Below the pieces are notes generated by a model that saw only the letters and a program-made list of their open reading frames with translations, had not been told where the DNA came from and did not search any database. Shown in pieces: positions 9,612 through 18,700 of a DNA stretch of 36,330 bases (positions within the stretch are counted from its first letter, which is position 1; every line of letters starts with the position of its first letter). The stretch is taken from assembly GCA_964637485.1 (NCBI GenBank), contig CAZWUU010000002.1:1-36330 (forward strand), in the 5' to 3' direction. Origin of the DNA: an uncultured Candidatus Saccharibacteria bacterium (GTDB lineage: Bacteria; Patescibacteriota; Minisyncoccia; Phycocordibacterales; PALSA-1337). Both the position numbers and the translations under genes were made by a program.

Positions 9612-9631
9612 AAAACCACCCTTTCGGGTGG
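9611..9631 (-). terminator. Intrinsic terminator of the 660-aa surface-protein gene
   Basis: Minus strand: CCACCC-GAAA-GGGTGG followed by TTTTT. Perfect 6-bp GC stem with a GNRA loop. Confidence 0.8.
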
Positions 9632-9669
9632 TTTTTGTTAATTCTAAACTCCTGTCTTAAACAGAAGGA

Positions 9670-11652
9670 TTAGAGATTGTTTGGAGTCCTCCATTCTGGC
9701 TGATTGGCCATGAATGTAGTGATAGTAGCACCTGCGTTAGTTACAGAGTTGATACCTTGTAACTGTACGGCGTACTTGTCAGTTGTAACTGCGAAGTTTG
9801 GAACCGAGAAGGCAAACTCAACTGGGACAGTGACCTCACCGTTCCTTGGAAGAGTGAAGGTTGTACCATCGCTAGAAAGAGTGGTGCCTGTCGGCCTCGA
9901 GTAGTTAACTGATACAGAACGGCCGTTGGTGATGTAGTTTGCTAGACCACCGTCAGCTGCTGTAGTGCTGTAGTTGCTTACGCTGTTCTTATACACAGTG
10001 AAGGAGCTCGTAGCAACAGATGAAGTTGCGGTCGAGAACATATCCTGTGTGGTTGAGCTGGTCAAACCGAACAATATGTCGGTACCGACAGCCCTGACCT
10101 TGACGTTGAAGCGTGCTGTGAAGGTTGTTGTTGAATTGCTGTCTACACCGTTAGCAACTGTGGTGTAAGTGATGGTCGGAGTTCCTACGAGTGTGTAGAG
10201 AGGACCGACTGAAGCAATTGTCTGTGTGTTACCTGTAGCTGCACCGTTTACTGTAACTGTCGAGTCATTTGATGACAAGATAGTCTGAGTACCTGTGGTT
10301 GAAGCTGTAACAGTCAATGAACCTGATGTCACGCCAGTTACGTCCACCTTGACGGTGTAAGGAACTGTTGTGTTTACAGATACGACTGAACCAGGTGTGC
10401 CCTTAGCGATGTTGCTGAATGAAGCAACGCCACCAGAGACTGAAGCTGAGCTGACCATGGTGCTACCCTGATAGAGGTAAGCTGCACCAACTGAACCAGT
10501 TCCGCTTGTAACAACACCAACGTTTATAGTGCGAAGCTGAAGAGCATCGTTCTGAGCGTTGACATTGAATACGAGGACAGGCAAGCCGAGGTACTGACCA
10601 TTTGTTGTGTCATTTACCGGGATTGACTGTACGAGTGGTGATTCAGGAGCGAGAGAGACGTTTGCCTGAGCATTATCAACCAATGACTGGTTGACTGTCA
10701 AAGCCTGATAGAAACCGGTGACTGGACCATAGAGGTTCAAACCGGCACCATCAACACCTCGAACTCCGTTAGCTACGACACCAAGACCCCAACCTGTGAA
10801 GGCTGTTGCATTGATGCTGTTCTGAGCTGTTCCAATACCATCAGGATAATTTGAACCTGAGGCAGAATAGTAAGAAGAGTCAATTGAAGAATTCAAAGAA
10901 CCCTTGATGACTATATCCTTGTATGTGCCCTTCGGGACGAAGAAGTGGAATCCAGCGATACCCAAGAGGTATTCTGAACCACTCTGTACAACTGTTGATC
11001 CATTCAAAGCTTGTGAAGCAAGGACGGTGTTGCCGTCTGTCACAGCGATGGTGTGGAAGAGCTTGTTGTAGATAGCTGTGTTGTTACCGACGTTGAGGGT
11101 CAAGCTCTGGACATCGAGGTCAGAGTATTGAGCCTGAACACGGATTGTCAAAACAGGTACCATCTGCTGACCTACGTTCAAAACTGTGTTTGAGATAGGA
11201 CCAGCTGTAACTGTCATGATTCCTGGTACGCCAACTGTGGTGATACCACCGCCAGTTGAACCACCTGAGACTGGAGCTGTTCCAGCGACTGGAGTACAAA
11301 CGAAACCTGCAGGGCAGGTGACGGTTGAAGGAGCGCCAGCCATAGGAGCTGTTCCGCCATTCAAAGCTGCGCGGGTCAAAGGACCTACGAAGCCGGTGTT
11401 AGGAATACCGCGAGCGGCCTGATAAAGCTTAACTGCAGCCTGTGTCTGTGATCCAAAGTAACCCTTGGAAGCAGCACCGGATGCGATTGCAGGAATATTG
11501 TAGCCAGCAGACATAAGAGCTGTCTGAAGAGCAACAACCTGAGGGCCTGATGATCCAACACTCAAATTAGTGGTGAACACAGCACCCTGAGCTCCAGCAA
11601 CTGTAGCAAGAGCCAAAACGGCTATGCCTGTTGCAAAGAGAACTTTTTTCAT
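9670..11652 (-). CDS. Abundant-looking secreted surface (S-layer-like) protein with an N-terminal peptidoglycan-binding domain and a long Thr/Ser/Val/Gly/Asn-rich beta region
   Basis: Sec signal MKKVLFATGIAVLALATVAGAQG. PG_binding_1-like segment (GPQVVALQTALMSAGY...SQTQAAVKLYQAARGIPNTGFVGPLTRAAL). Low-complexity beta-rich remainder. The gene is visibly more GC-rich and codon-biased than its neighbours. Confidence 0.8.
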   Translation of the reverse strand: MKKVLFATGIAVLALATVAGAQGAVFTTNLSVGSSGPQVVALQTALMSAGYNIPAIASGAASKGYFGSQTQAAVKLYQAARGIPNTGFVGPLTRAALNGGTAPMAGAPSTVTCPAGFVCTPVAGTAPVSGGSTGGGITTVGVPGIMTVTAGPISNTVLNVGQQMVPVLTIRVQAQYSDLDVQSLTLNVGNNTAIYNKLFHTIAVTDGNTVLASQALNGSTVVQSGSEYLLGIAGFHFFVPKGTYKDIVIKGSLNSSIDSSYYSASGSNYPDGIGTAQNSINATAFTGWGLGVVANGVRGVDGAGLNLYGPVTGFYQALTVNQSLVDNAQANVSLAPESPLVQSIPVNDTTNGQYLGLPVLVFNVNAQNDALQLRTINVGVVTSGTGSVGAAYLYQGSTMVSSASVSGGVASFSNIAKGTPGSVVSVNTTVPYTVKVDVTGVTSGSLTVTASTTGTQTILSSNDSTVTVNGAATGNTQTIASVGPLYTLVGTPTITYTTVANGVDSNSTTTFTARFNVKVRAVGTDILFGLTSSTTQDMFSTATSSVATSSFTVYKNSVSNYSTTAADGGLANYITNGRSVSVNYSRPTGTTLSSDGTTFTLPRNGEVTVPVEFAFSVPNFAVTTDKYAVQLQGINSVTNAGATITTFMANQPEWRTPNNL

Positions 11653-11991
11653 AAGTATGATTTTTATAATTAACGATTCCCTCTCGGTCTTACCTAATAA
11701 TATTTCGAGAGTTTAGAATCGCCTAGTAAGACTAATAATACATTCCACAATTCCCTACGTTCGTACTATCGACATGCAAACGTAAAGATTTAGTGGGCAA
11801 TAACCAAAACAAACTTGTGACACATATTAAGTTGTCAAAGTTCGTTCTTCCGAGGTTTTTACACCTTGGGACGAACGCATATCAAACGACTGACACGCGC
11901 TCGTTGCAAGGAATTATATCTCATAATTATGGCTCAACCAACGCTTCGGAATGTGGATAACTCTAATGTATTCGACCTCAAAAGTCAATGA

Positions 11992-12020
11992 ATTATATAC
12001 TAAAATGCCTTTTTTGTCAA
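11992..12020 (-). promoter_or_regulatory. Perfect consensus sigma70 promoter (TTGACA, 17 nt, TATAAT)
   Basis: Minus strand: TTGACA (12020-12015), 17-nt spacer, TATAAT (11997-11992). It lies about 340 nt upstream of the ATG of the 660-aa gene (11652), which implies a leader of about 330 nt. Confidence 0.65.
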
Positions 12021-12107
12021 AGCATGGCTCATTATATGAGTTTTAGCGTACTTTTTTCCGACAAAACCAGACTCAAACTCAACAGCCAGTAAATGGGTGC
12101 CTATAAT

Positions 12108-12833
12108 TTACATGAGTGAATACTTACTCCAACGACGCTCCCCTTCCTTCTTTATAATTCCCCTTTCCACCATATCCAAGAGTTCTCTCTGTATTGTCTT
12201 TTCGCTGCAATCAGTTATTACCTTGGAAAAATCCTTGATCGTCAGATTGGACTGGTTTTTCAAAAGATCCAAAATGACAGACTGTCGCCCGGCTTTCTTT
12301 TCATCTACATGACTAGGGCTCTGTCCTGCAGAGCGTGAATCTGAAGGTTTAACATCCCTAAAACCGGCTGAAAATAACGACGGTGTGTCAAAATATGACT
12401 CAGATAGAACATAACCCGCAGTGGCTGCATTCTTGAACAATTGCTCACGCAATAAATGCAATATTCTGTCTATCTCACCGACGAGGAGCTTGTGATTCAT
12501 GTCAGAAATTAGATTTGAGACCCTTGCGACATTTAACAAAGAAATCGTCTCGAGTGCCGCACCAAATATAGTCTGTATCATCGAATTCTTATCTCCAGGA
12601 ACTGAACTGGACGCAGAAAAGGACGCCGATATCAGATTCATACCCTTGTCCCTTAATTCCCATTTGAGGGGTTCCTCGTCCTTTAGAAGTCCAGATACAA
12701 GATAAAGGGCAGAGGTAATTTTTTCTGTCTTTTTGAAAATATAGACAAGATAATCCTCGGCAGAAAAGAATCCTAGCCCCCTCCACATCAGGGGGTTTTC
12801 ATTGCTATTATTGTCCTTTTTGTCCTTATTCAT
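12108..12833 (-). CDS. Hypothetical protein with a C-terminal DeoR/MarR-like wHTH
   Basis: The C-terminus SVILDLLKNQSNLTIKDFSKVITDCSEKTIQRELLDMVERGIIKKEGERRWSKYSL has a wHTH pattern. The N-terminal two-thirds is unrecognised. Confidence 0.55.
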   Translation of the reverse strand: MNKDKKDNNSNENPLMWRGLGFFSAEDYLVYIFKKTEKITSALYLVSGLLKDEEPLKWELRDKGMNLISASFSASSSVPGDKNSMIQTIFGAALETISLLNVARVSNLISDMNHKLLVGEIDRILHLLREQLFKNAATAGYVLSESYFDTPSLFSAGFRDVKPSDSRSAGQSPSHVDEKKAGRQSVILDLLKNQSNLTIKDFSKVITDCSEKTIQRELLDMVERGIIKKEGERRWSKYSLM

Positions 12834-13026
12834 TGTCTGTGTCCTTGATATGTCTGTTTGCTAAAAGACCCTTAAAGACATATAAAAGTCGAGCTTATTA
12901 TATAGCTACAACTTTTATATGCAAGCAGTATGTTGAACACCTCGCAATGATCATTACCGTCTGTTGTGTGTACTTCGTTTTTTGCTTTTTCTGATGATCA
13001 ATAATTTCAATGCGTGAATAAATCTG

Positions 13027-13035
13027 TGATATTAT
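13027..13035 (+). promoter_or_regulatory. Extended -10 (TGATATTAT) 6 nt upstream of the ftsK ATG
   Basis: TG 13027-13028, TATTAT 13030-13035, then TAGCCC, then ATG at 13042. Confidence 0.45.
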
Positions 13036-13041
13036 TAGCCC

Positions 13042-15291
13042 ATGGCAAAAAAATCCGACGGCGTTGATGTTCCCGCAAAAGGCTCCGATCAGCCTATTTT
13101 CAAGGATCTAAGTGACGGTGCGGTGCGTACAATTTCAGCTATTGCTTGCTTTGCGATTGCGTTGTTATCACTTTTTGCATCATTTGGCATGGCCGGCTGG
13201 GGCAACGCTATTTTTTCATTTTTAGAAAAAATGTTCGGCATCGGTTATTTTCTCATACCTATAATTTTTGCCATTCTGGGAATCACCTATTTGCGAGGAG
13301 TGGAACATAGGATGGAAACGACTAAGATTGTTGGCTCAGTGTTCTTTTTCTTATCCAGTCTTGGAATCATATATTTGATTTCCGACAGAGCCGCAGGAGT
13401 GGTAGGTGGCTTCCTAGCAAAACCACTTATTCAGTTGGTAGATGTATACGCGGCCACAACTCTTCTGGTCGCAATATTTATAATTTCCCTAGTCATGATA
13501 TTCGAATGGGAATTCTCTCTTTCGACGTTTAAATTATTCAAAAAGAAATCAACCGATCTGCTCGATAAGTCAGGTGACAATATAGACAGCACAGGTAAGG
13601 ACATCGAAGATGAGCAGAAAGAAGAGGCCGAACGTGCCGAACAAGAAGCTCTGGCAAAATACGAGCCAAAAATAGTCACACCGAAAACTGATAATTCCAA
13701 GAAAAATTCGCAAGCGTTCGACGAAGACGCTGAATACGGCTTGCTTTCGAAAAACACTCTGCCCCGAATGATGCCTTTCACGCCCCCTCCCCTTTCTATA
13801 CTGGAGAGAGACAAGGGCAAGCCGGAAACGGGAGACATAAAGGCAAACGCTAATATTATAAAGAGGACCCTGCAGAACTTCGGCATATCTGTCGAGATGG
13901 ATGAGATATCCATCGGCCCGTCAGTCACCAGATACGCTCTGAAACCTGCCGAAGGTGTGAAACTATCGAAGATAGTCGCTCTAAACAATGACCTAGCTCT
14001 CGCCCTCGCCGCACATCCTATAAGAATAGAGGCACCGATACCCGGAAAATCTCTGGTCGGTATCGAGGTACCCAACACCGCAAAAACCACCGTCGGTTTG
14101 GGCACCCTGCTCTCTTCATCTGATTATCAAGAATCGGAAAAGCCTCTGCTTACCTCCTTGGGCAAAGATATTGCCGGAAAAGCTCATTTCTCGAATCTCG
14201 CTAAGGCTCCTCATATGCTCATCGCTGGAGCCACCGGTTCTGGAAAATCTGTAACCATTCATGCCCTCATCACTTCTCTTCTGTATAGAAACTCTCCAGA
14301 AAACCTCAGATTCATAATGATCGATCCAAAAAGAGTAGAACTCACTCTCTATAACAAGATTCCTCATCTACTGACCCCAGTAATTACAGATCCTAAGAAA
14401 GCTATCCTAGCCCTCAAATGGGCGGCAAAAGAAATGGCTAGAAGATATGACATATTAGAGAAGGCCGCCGCTCGAGACATAGAGTCATATCACAAGAACG
14501 TATTATCGCCAGCTCTCGAAGCTCATAAGAAGCGCCTCGAGGAGGATGAGGTGGATGAACAGAATCAAGAATTGCCTGAGGGCATGCATTATATAGTGAT
14601 TGTCATAGATGAATTAGCGGACATCATGCAGACATATCCCCGAGAATTGGAATCTGCGATTGTAAGACTGGCTCAAATGAGCCGTGCGGTAGGCATACAT
14701 CTTGTCATTTCCACCCAGAGGCCGTCTGTAAATGTCATCACGGGCCTTATAAAAGCAAATATTCCTACCAGAATAGCCCTTCAGGTGGCATCACAGATCG
14801 ATTCGAGAACTATATTGGACCAGGCTGGTGCAGAAAAATTGTTGGGCGCAGGAGATATGCTCTATCTCGGTGGTGAAATGTCGAAGCCGATCCGCTTGCA
14901 ATCCGCCTATATATCGGAAGCGGAGGTAAAACAACTAGTGAAATATCTTGCCGATCAATATAGGGATGAAATACTGAGCGAGCTTAACTTGAACATGACC
15001 GAAGCAGGATCATCAGCCGCATTCGACGCCATCACAGATGGAGAATCCTTTGATGACGATGAAATGTATGAACCCGCAAAGGAAGCGGTGCTTTCTGCAG
15101 GAAAAGCTTCGACATCATATATTCAGAGAAAACTCGGCATAGGGTACTCGAGAGCCGCTAAGCTTATGGACATGCTATACGAGAGAGGTATCATTGGACC
15201 CGCAAATGGTTCCAAACCTCGTGAAGTTATTAGCACAGGTTCTGATGTGCCAAATCCTGTACCCAACGATCAGGAAGAAAACAATATTTAA
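13042..15291 (+). CDS. ftsK: DNA translocase FtsK/SpoIIIE
   Basis: N-terminal TM helices and an acidic linker. Motor domain with Walker A GATGSGKS and Walker B VIVIDELAD. C-terminal gamma wHTH (TSYIQRKLGIGYSRAAKLMDMLYERGIIGP). Confidence 0.93.
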   Translation: MAKKSDGVDVPAKGSDQPIFKDLSDGAVRTISAIACFAIALLSLFASFGMAGWGNAIFSFLEKMFGIGYFLIPIIFAILGITYLRGVEHRMETTKIVGSVFFFLSSLGIIYLISDRAAGVVGGFLAKPLIQLVDVYAATTLLVAIFIISLVMIFEWEFSLSTFKLFKKKSTDLLDKSGDNIDSTGKDIEDEQKEEAERAEQEALAKYEPKIVTPKTDNSKKNSQAFDEDAEYGLLSKNTLPRMMPFTPPPLSILERDKGKPETGDIKANANIIKRTLQNFGISVEMDEISIGPSVTRYALKPAEGVKLSKIVALNNDLALALAAHPIRIEAPIPGKSLVGIEVPNTAKTTVGLGTLLSSSDYQESEKPLLTSLGKDIAGKAHFSNLAKAPHMLIAGATGSGKSVTIHALITSLLYRNSPENLRFIMIDPKRVELTLYNKIPHLLTPVITDPKKAILALKWAAKEMARRYDILEKAAARDIESYHKNVLSPALEAHKKRLEEDEVDEQNQELPEGMHYIVIVIDELADIMQTYPRELESAIVRLAQMSRAVGIHLVISTQRPSVNVITGLIKANIPTRIALQVASQIDSRTILDQAGAEKLLGAGDMLYLGGEMSKPIRLQSAYISEAEVKQLVKYLADQYRDEILSELNLNMTEAGSSAAFDAITDGESFDDDEMYEPAKEAVLSAGKASTSYIQRKLGIGYSRAAKLMDMLYERGIIGPANGSKPREVISTGSDVPNPVPNDQEENNI

Positions 15292-15297
15292 TATTTT

Positions 15298-15666
15298 ATG
15301 ACAAGAAAGGCATACACGCGCTCTGATTTCCTGAGATTGGCGAAGATTTTTGTGTTTATCGCATTTATTCTAGTTATTGGAGTATACGCCTCGATACGCA
15401 GTTTGCCTTACAGCAAGGGACCATCTATAACAGTGCTTTACCCTATCGACGGAATGGAGATATCAACTTCCACAATCGAAATACTCGGCAGAGTCGATAG
15501 AGTCAATGAACTATATGTTAATGGTTACCCTATTTCTATAGATGAACAAGGTAATTTTTCAATGATTTTGGTCACACAAAATGGATTAAACCTGCTCGAC
15601 ATCAAAGGCAAGGACCAGTTCGACCGAACCACAGAGACACTAATCCGTTACTACGGAAAAATCTGA
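15298..15666 (+). CDS. Small membrane-anchored protein with a beta-sandwich-like ectodomain
   Basis: 122 aa with one N-terminal TM helix (IFVFIAFILVIGVYASI). It starts 6 nt after the ftsK stop. Confidence 0.55.
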   Translation: MTRKAYTRSDFLRLAKIFVFIAFILVIGVYASIRSLPYSKGPSITVLYPIDGMEISTSTIEILGRVDRVNELYVNGYPISIDEQGNFSMILVTQNGLNLLDIKGKDQFDRTTETLIRYYGKI

Positions 15667-16239
15667 TTACTTGCCTACCCTCTCTTTATATTCGGCTGTT
15701 TCAGTATTTATCCTGATTATTTCTCCAGCGTTCACGAATAGAGGCACGTTCATGGTAGCGCCGGTCTCGAGCGTCACTATTTTTTGACCACCTGTAGCTG
15801 TGTCGCCTTTTATACTGGGCGGAGCATCCACTACTTTTAATTCCACTATTATAGGAAACTTGAAACCCATGGGCTTCTCTCTGAAAACCAGCTGTTCTAT
15901 GACTGTGTTTGGTTTTAAAAACTTTCCCTGAGGCCCGAGTTCATCTTCTGAAACTTTGAATCTCTTAGACGGATCACTCGGATCAGTAAACCACCATTCT
16001 CCCCTATTATTGTAGAGATATTTGACCTCTCTGCTGTCTATCTCTGCTTCTTCCACCTTTTCTGATTGATGAAATGAATATTCTGTTACTTTGCCCGTAA
16101 TCAAATTCTTCAGCTTGGTCGCATTCACAGGTTTTCTCTGTTGCTTTCTGAAAACGTGTGAGGATATGACTTCATATGGTGCCCCATCGAGCACAATAAA
16201 TTTCTTTTCTGTAATTTCGTTGTATTCTAGCAAAGACAT
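15667..16239 (-). CDS. efp: Translation elongation factor P
   Basis: 190 aa collinear with EF-P (FIVLDGAPYEV..., KGDTATGGQK, VPLFVNAGEIIRINTETAEYKERV). Confidence 0.9.
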   Translation of the reverse strand: MSLLEYNEITEKKFIVLDGAPYEVISSHVFRKQQRKPVNATKLKNLITGKVTEYSFHQSEKVEEAEIDSREVKYLYNNRGEWWFTDPSDPSKRFKVSEDELGPQGKFLKPNTVIEQLVFREKPMGFKFPIIVELKVVDAPPSIKGDTATGGQKIVTLETGATMNVPLFVNAGEIIRINTETAEYKERVGK

Positions 16240-16240
16240 A

Positions 16241-17299
16241 TTATTCGTTTATTTTCTCTTTTATCTTTTTTAATATTTCGCTTCTTATGTCAGCGTTTTC
16301 CTTCAAAAACTGTCGAGTGGCATCATAACCTCTTCCGAGTTTTACCTCACCGTATGAATACGAAGCGCCAGAATGCGATACTATATCATATTTTTCTCCC
16401 AAGGCTATGATCTCGCCTTCTTGTGATATGCCTTCGTTATACATGAGATCAAACTCGGTCTGTCGAAACGGCGCAGCGACTTTATTTTTTACCACCTTTA
16501 CTCTTACTCTGCCTCCCATGATTTCTTCGCCCTTCTTGATCTGAGCAATTCTTCTGATATCCAATCTGACTGAGGAATAGAATTTCAACGCTTTACCTCC
16601 TGGAGTTGTCTCAGGATTACCAAACATGACACCGATCTGCATCCTTATCTGGTTTATAAATATGACAACAGTCTTTGATTTTGCGACGATTGATGTCAGT
16701 TTTCTGAGTGCCTGAGACATGAGTCTGGCCTGAGATCCGACATGAAAAGCCCCCATGTCTCCCTCTATTTCAGCTTTCGGAGTAAGAGCCGCAACGGAAT
16801 CAATAACTACGACATCCATGTTCCCTGTTCTTATGAGACTTTCGACGATTTCCAATGCCTGCTCGCCAGTATCTGGTTGAGAAATGAGTAAGTCCTCCAC
16901 CTTCACGCCCAATTTCTTTGCATAATCAGGATCCATGGCATGTTCAGCGTCGATAAAAGCACACATTCCACCTTTTTTCTGAGCTTCGGCGACCACATGT
17001 AAAGCCAGGGTAGTTTTTCCAGAAGATTCTGGACCGAATATTTCTATGACTCGGCCTCTTGGCAGACCGCCGATTCCGAGTGCAGCATCCAGACCGAGTG
17101 AACCCGTCGATATCGCTCCTATGTTTACCTTCGGCTTATCACCGAGCCGCATTATTGCCTCTTCACCGAACTTCACTCTGATCGCATCGAGAGCGCTTTT
17201 TACATCCTCCAGTGAGCGTGGTTTATCCGCACTCTTAGACAGAACTGAATCTGGGATTTTTTTTGATTCAGATTTTGCCTGTGTTTTCTTTGCTATCAT
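16241..17299 (-). CDS. recA: Recombinase RecA
   Basis: Walker [21 protein letters not shown] and the L2 region [20 protein letters not shown]. Confidence 0.96.
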   Translation of the reverse strand: MIAKKTQAKSESKKIPDSVLSKSADKPRSLEDVKSALDAIRVKFGEEAIMRLGDKPKVNIGAISTGSLGLDAALGIGGLPRGRVIEIFGPESSGKTTLALHVVAEAQKKGGMCAFIDAEHAMDPDYAKKLGVKVEDLLISQPDTGEQALEIVESLIRTGNMDVVVIDSVAALTPKAEIEGDMGAFHVGSQARLMSQALRKLTSIVAKSKTVVIFINQIRMQIGVMFGNPETTPGGKALKFYSSVRLDIRRIAQIKKGEEIMGGRVRVKVVKNKVAAPFRQTEFDLMYNEGISQEGEIIALGEKYDIVSHSGASYSYGEVKLGRGYDATRQFLKENADIRSEILKKIKEKINE

Positions 17300-17303
17300 A
17301 TTT

Positions 17304-17507
17304 TTATCTAGCTACGTATGGCAACAATCCCATAAAGCGTGCTCTCTTTACTGCCGTTGCCAGCTGTCTCTGATACTTTGCAGATATCTGAGATCGCTTT
17401 CGGCTGATAAGTCGGCCGTGCGGATTGAGAAATTTCTTAAGGATTTCTGTATCCTTATAATCGATTTGCTTTATATTGTGTTGACTGAAATAACACTGTT
17501 TCTTCAT
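17304..17507 (-). CDS. rpsR: 30S ribosomal protein S18
   Basis: 67 aa ([50 protein letters not shown]). Confidence 0.92.
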   Translation of the reverse strand: MKKQCYFSQHNIKQIDYKDTEILKKFLNPHGRLISRKRSQISAKYQRQLATAVKRARFMGLLPYVAR

Positions 17508-17527
17508 GTAATTTGATTTATTTTCTT

Positions 17528-17968
17528 TTAAAATGGTATGTCATCCGGGTTAATATCATCCTGAGGATATTCGATGGTCTCCGCTGATGATTCCTTGCCC
17601 TCTTCTTTGGGATTCTTTGACGTTCCACTTCCGCCAGAACCGCCTTTTGTCCCGAATTGAACATTATCAGCAATGATTTCTGTCCTGTATTTTTTTGTGC
17701 CATCTGGAGCGTCCCATGAACGGGTCTGTATCCTGCCCTCCACGAGAGCCTGTGCTCCCTTTCTCAAATACTGACCGCACAATTCGCCCAATTTAGCGAA
17801 TGCGACGATGTTGTGATAATCGGTAGATTCTTGTCTGGCTCCATTCTTGTCTTTGTATATCCTGTTCGTAGCCAAACTAAAACTTACTACCTTTGTTCCT
17901 GAAGGCAAAGCCCTGACTTCAGGATCTCTGGTTAGGTTTCCTATAATATATGCTTTGTTTAGGTACAT
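17528..17968 (-). CDS. ssb: Single-stranded DNA-binding protein
   Basis: OB fold (NKAYIIGNLTRDPEVR...), Gly-rich tail and an acidic C-terminal tip DDIPF. Confidence 0.92.
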   Translation of the reverse strand: MYLNKAYIIGNLTRDPEVRALPSGTKVVSFSLATNRIYKDKNGARQESTDYHNIVAFAKLGELCGQYLRKGAQALVEGRIQTRSWDAPDGTKKYRTEIIADNVQFGTKGGSGGSGTSKNPKEEGKESSAETIEYPQDDINPDDIPF

Positions 17969-17984
17969 GGTTATTGGTTATTTA

Positions 17985-18488
17985 TTAAACCTCCTTGACC
18001 ATTTCATCGATGCTTTTGTCCATCTCCTCTATTGTAGCAGGCGGTTCTGTAGTATCCTCCTTTTTCGACACGACGCTTTCCACCTGTCCTTCAGGTTTTC
18101 TGCTTATAGAAGCAGCGACGATCGATGCCCTTTTGCCCAAATACGTATTTTCTCTCGTAGCAGTAGTGATAAGTATTCTCAAGACTGAAGACATGGCCTC
18201 GATCTGATTCTTGATGACATTCGTTTTGTCGGTACTTGCCTCGAATTTTATCCAACCAAAGTAGGCCTGGTCGTATTTTTCATATGAACCAGACACGGTC
18301 TTTTTCCTCATCGTATAGGCAAGCTGTTCCTGACGAGGTGCTTCCTCGGCTATTATTTCTGAGCCGTTTTTGATAATTATTTCTCGAAGCGCAAGGTTTT
18401 CTGATTCAACCCTGTCTTCCGGTATTCCTGCAAGGAGATAACCGACTTCATAGACCGATAAACGATCCGCAAATTTATTTTCGCTCAT
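17985..18488 (-). CDS. rpsF: 30S ribosomal protein S6 with a C-terminal extension
   Basis: S6-like N-terminal ~100 aa (YEVGYLL...) in the canonical rpsF-ssb-rpsR context. Confidence 0.8.
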   Translation of the reverse strand: MSENKFADRLSVYEVGYLLAGIPEDRVESENLALREIIIKNGSEIIAEEAPRQEQLAYTMRKKTVSGSYEKYDQAYFGWIKFEASTDKTNVIKNQIEAMSSVLRILITTATRENTYLGKRASIVAASISRKPEGQVESVVSKKEDTTEPPATIEEMDKSIDEMVKEV

Positions 18489-18700
18489 AGTTTTTTGTGC
18501 AAGTGATCTCGAGTGACTATTTCGAGAACCCGATTGTATATTACTTTCGGGACTTACAACTATTATTACTAATATGCGGAGACTAACACGATTTTATACT
18601 CTGCGCAAGAGAACCTCATGGAGGTAATCGCAAGTTATCAAACCAGTCATATATAAAGACTAAATAATATATAAATAATCAATAAACTGTCCCGTCAACG

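Noticed and set aside
11952-11960. Perfect DnaA box (TTATCCACA on the minus strand) in the 450-nt intergenic region; possible oriC
   Set aside because: It is a single box with no cluster of additional boxes, no adjacent dnaA/dnaN and no AT-rich unwinding repeats. The region is better explained as the promoter and leader of the surface-protein gene.
13431-14105. Long antisense ORFs inside large genes (for example 13431-14105 in ftsK, 17046-17516 across recA/rpsR, 6971-7617 in the lipase gene, 23906-24803 in the 650-aa gene, and several inside ileS)
   Set aside because: Each is fully overlapped by a gene with clear family motifs on the opposite strand. Their translations are low-complexity and lack motifs.
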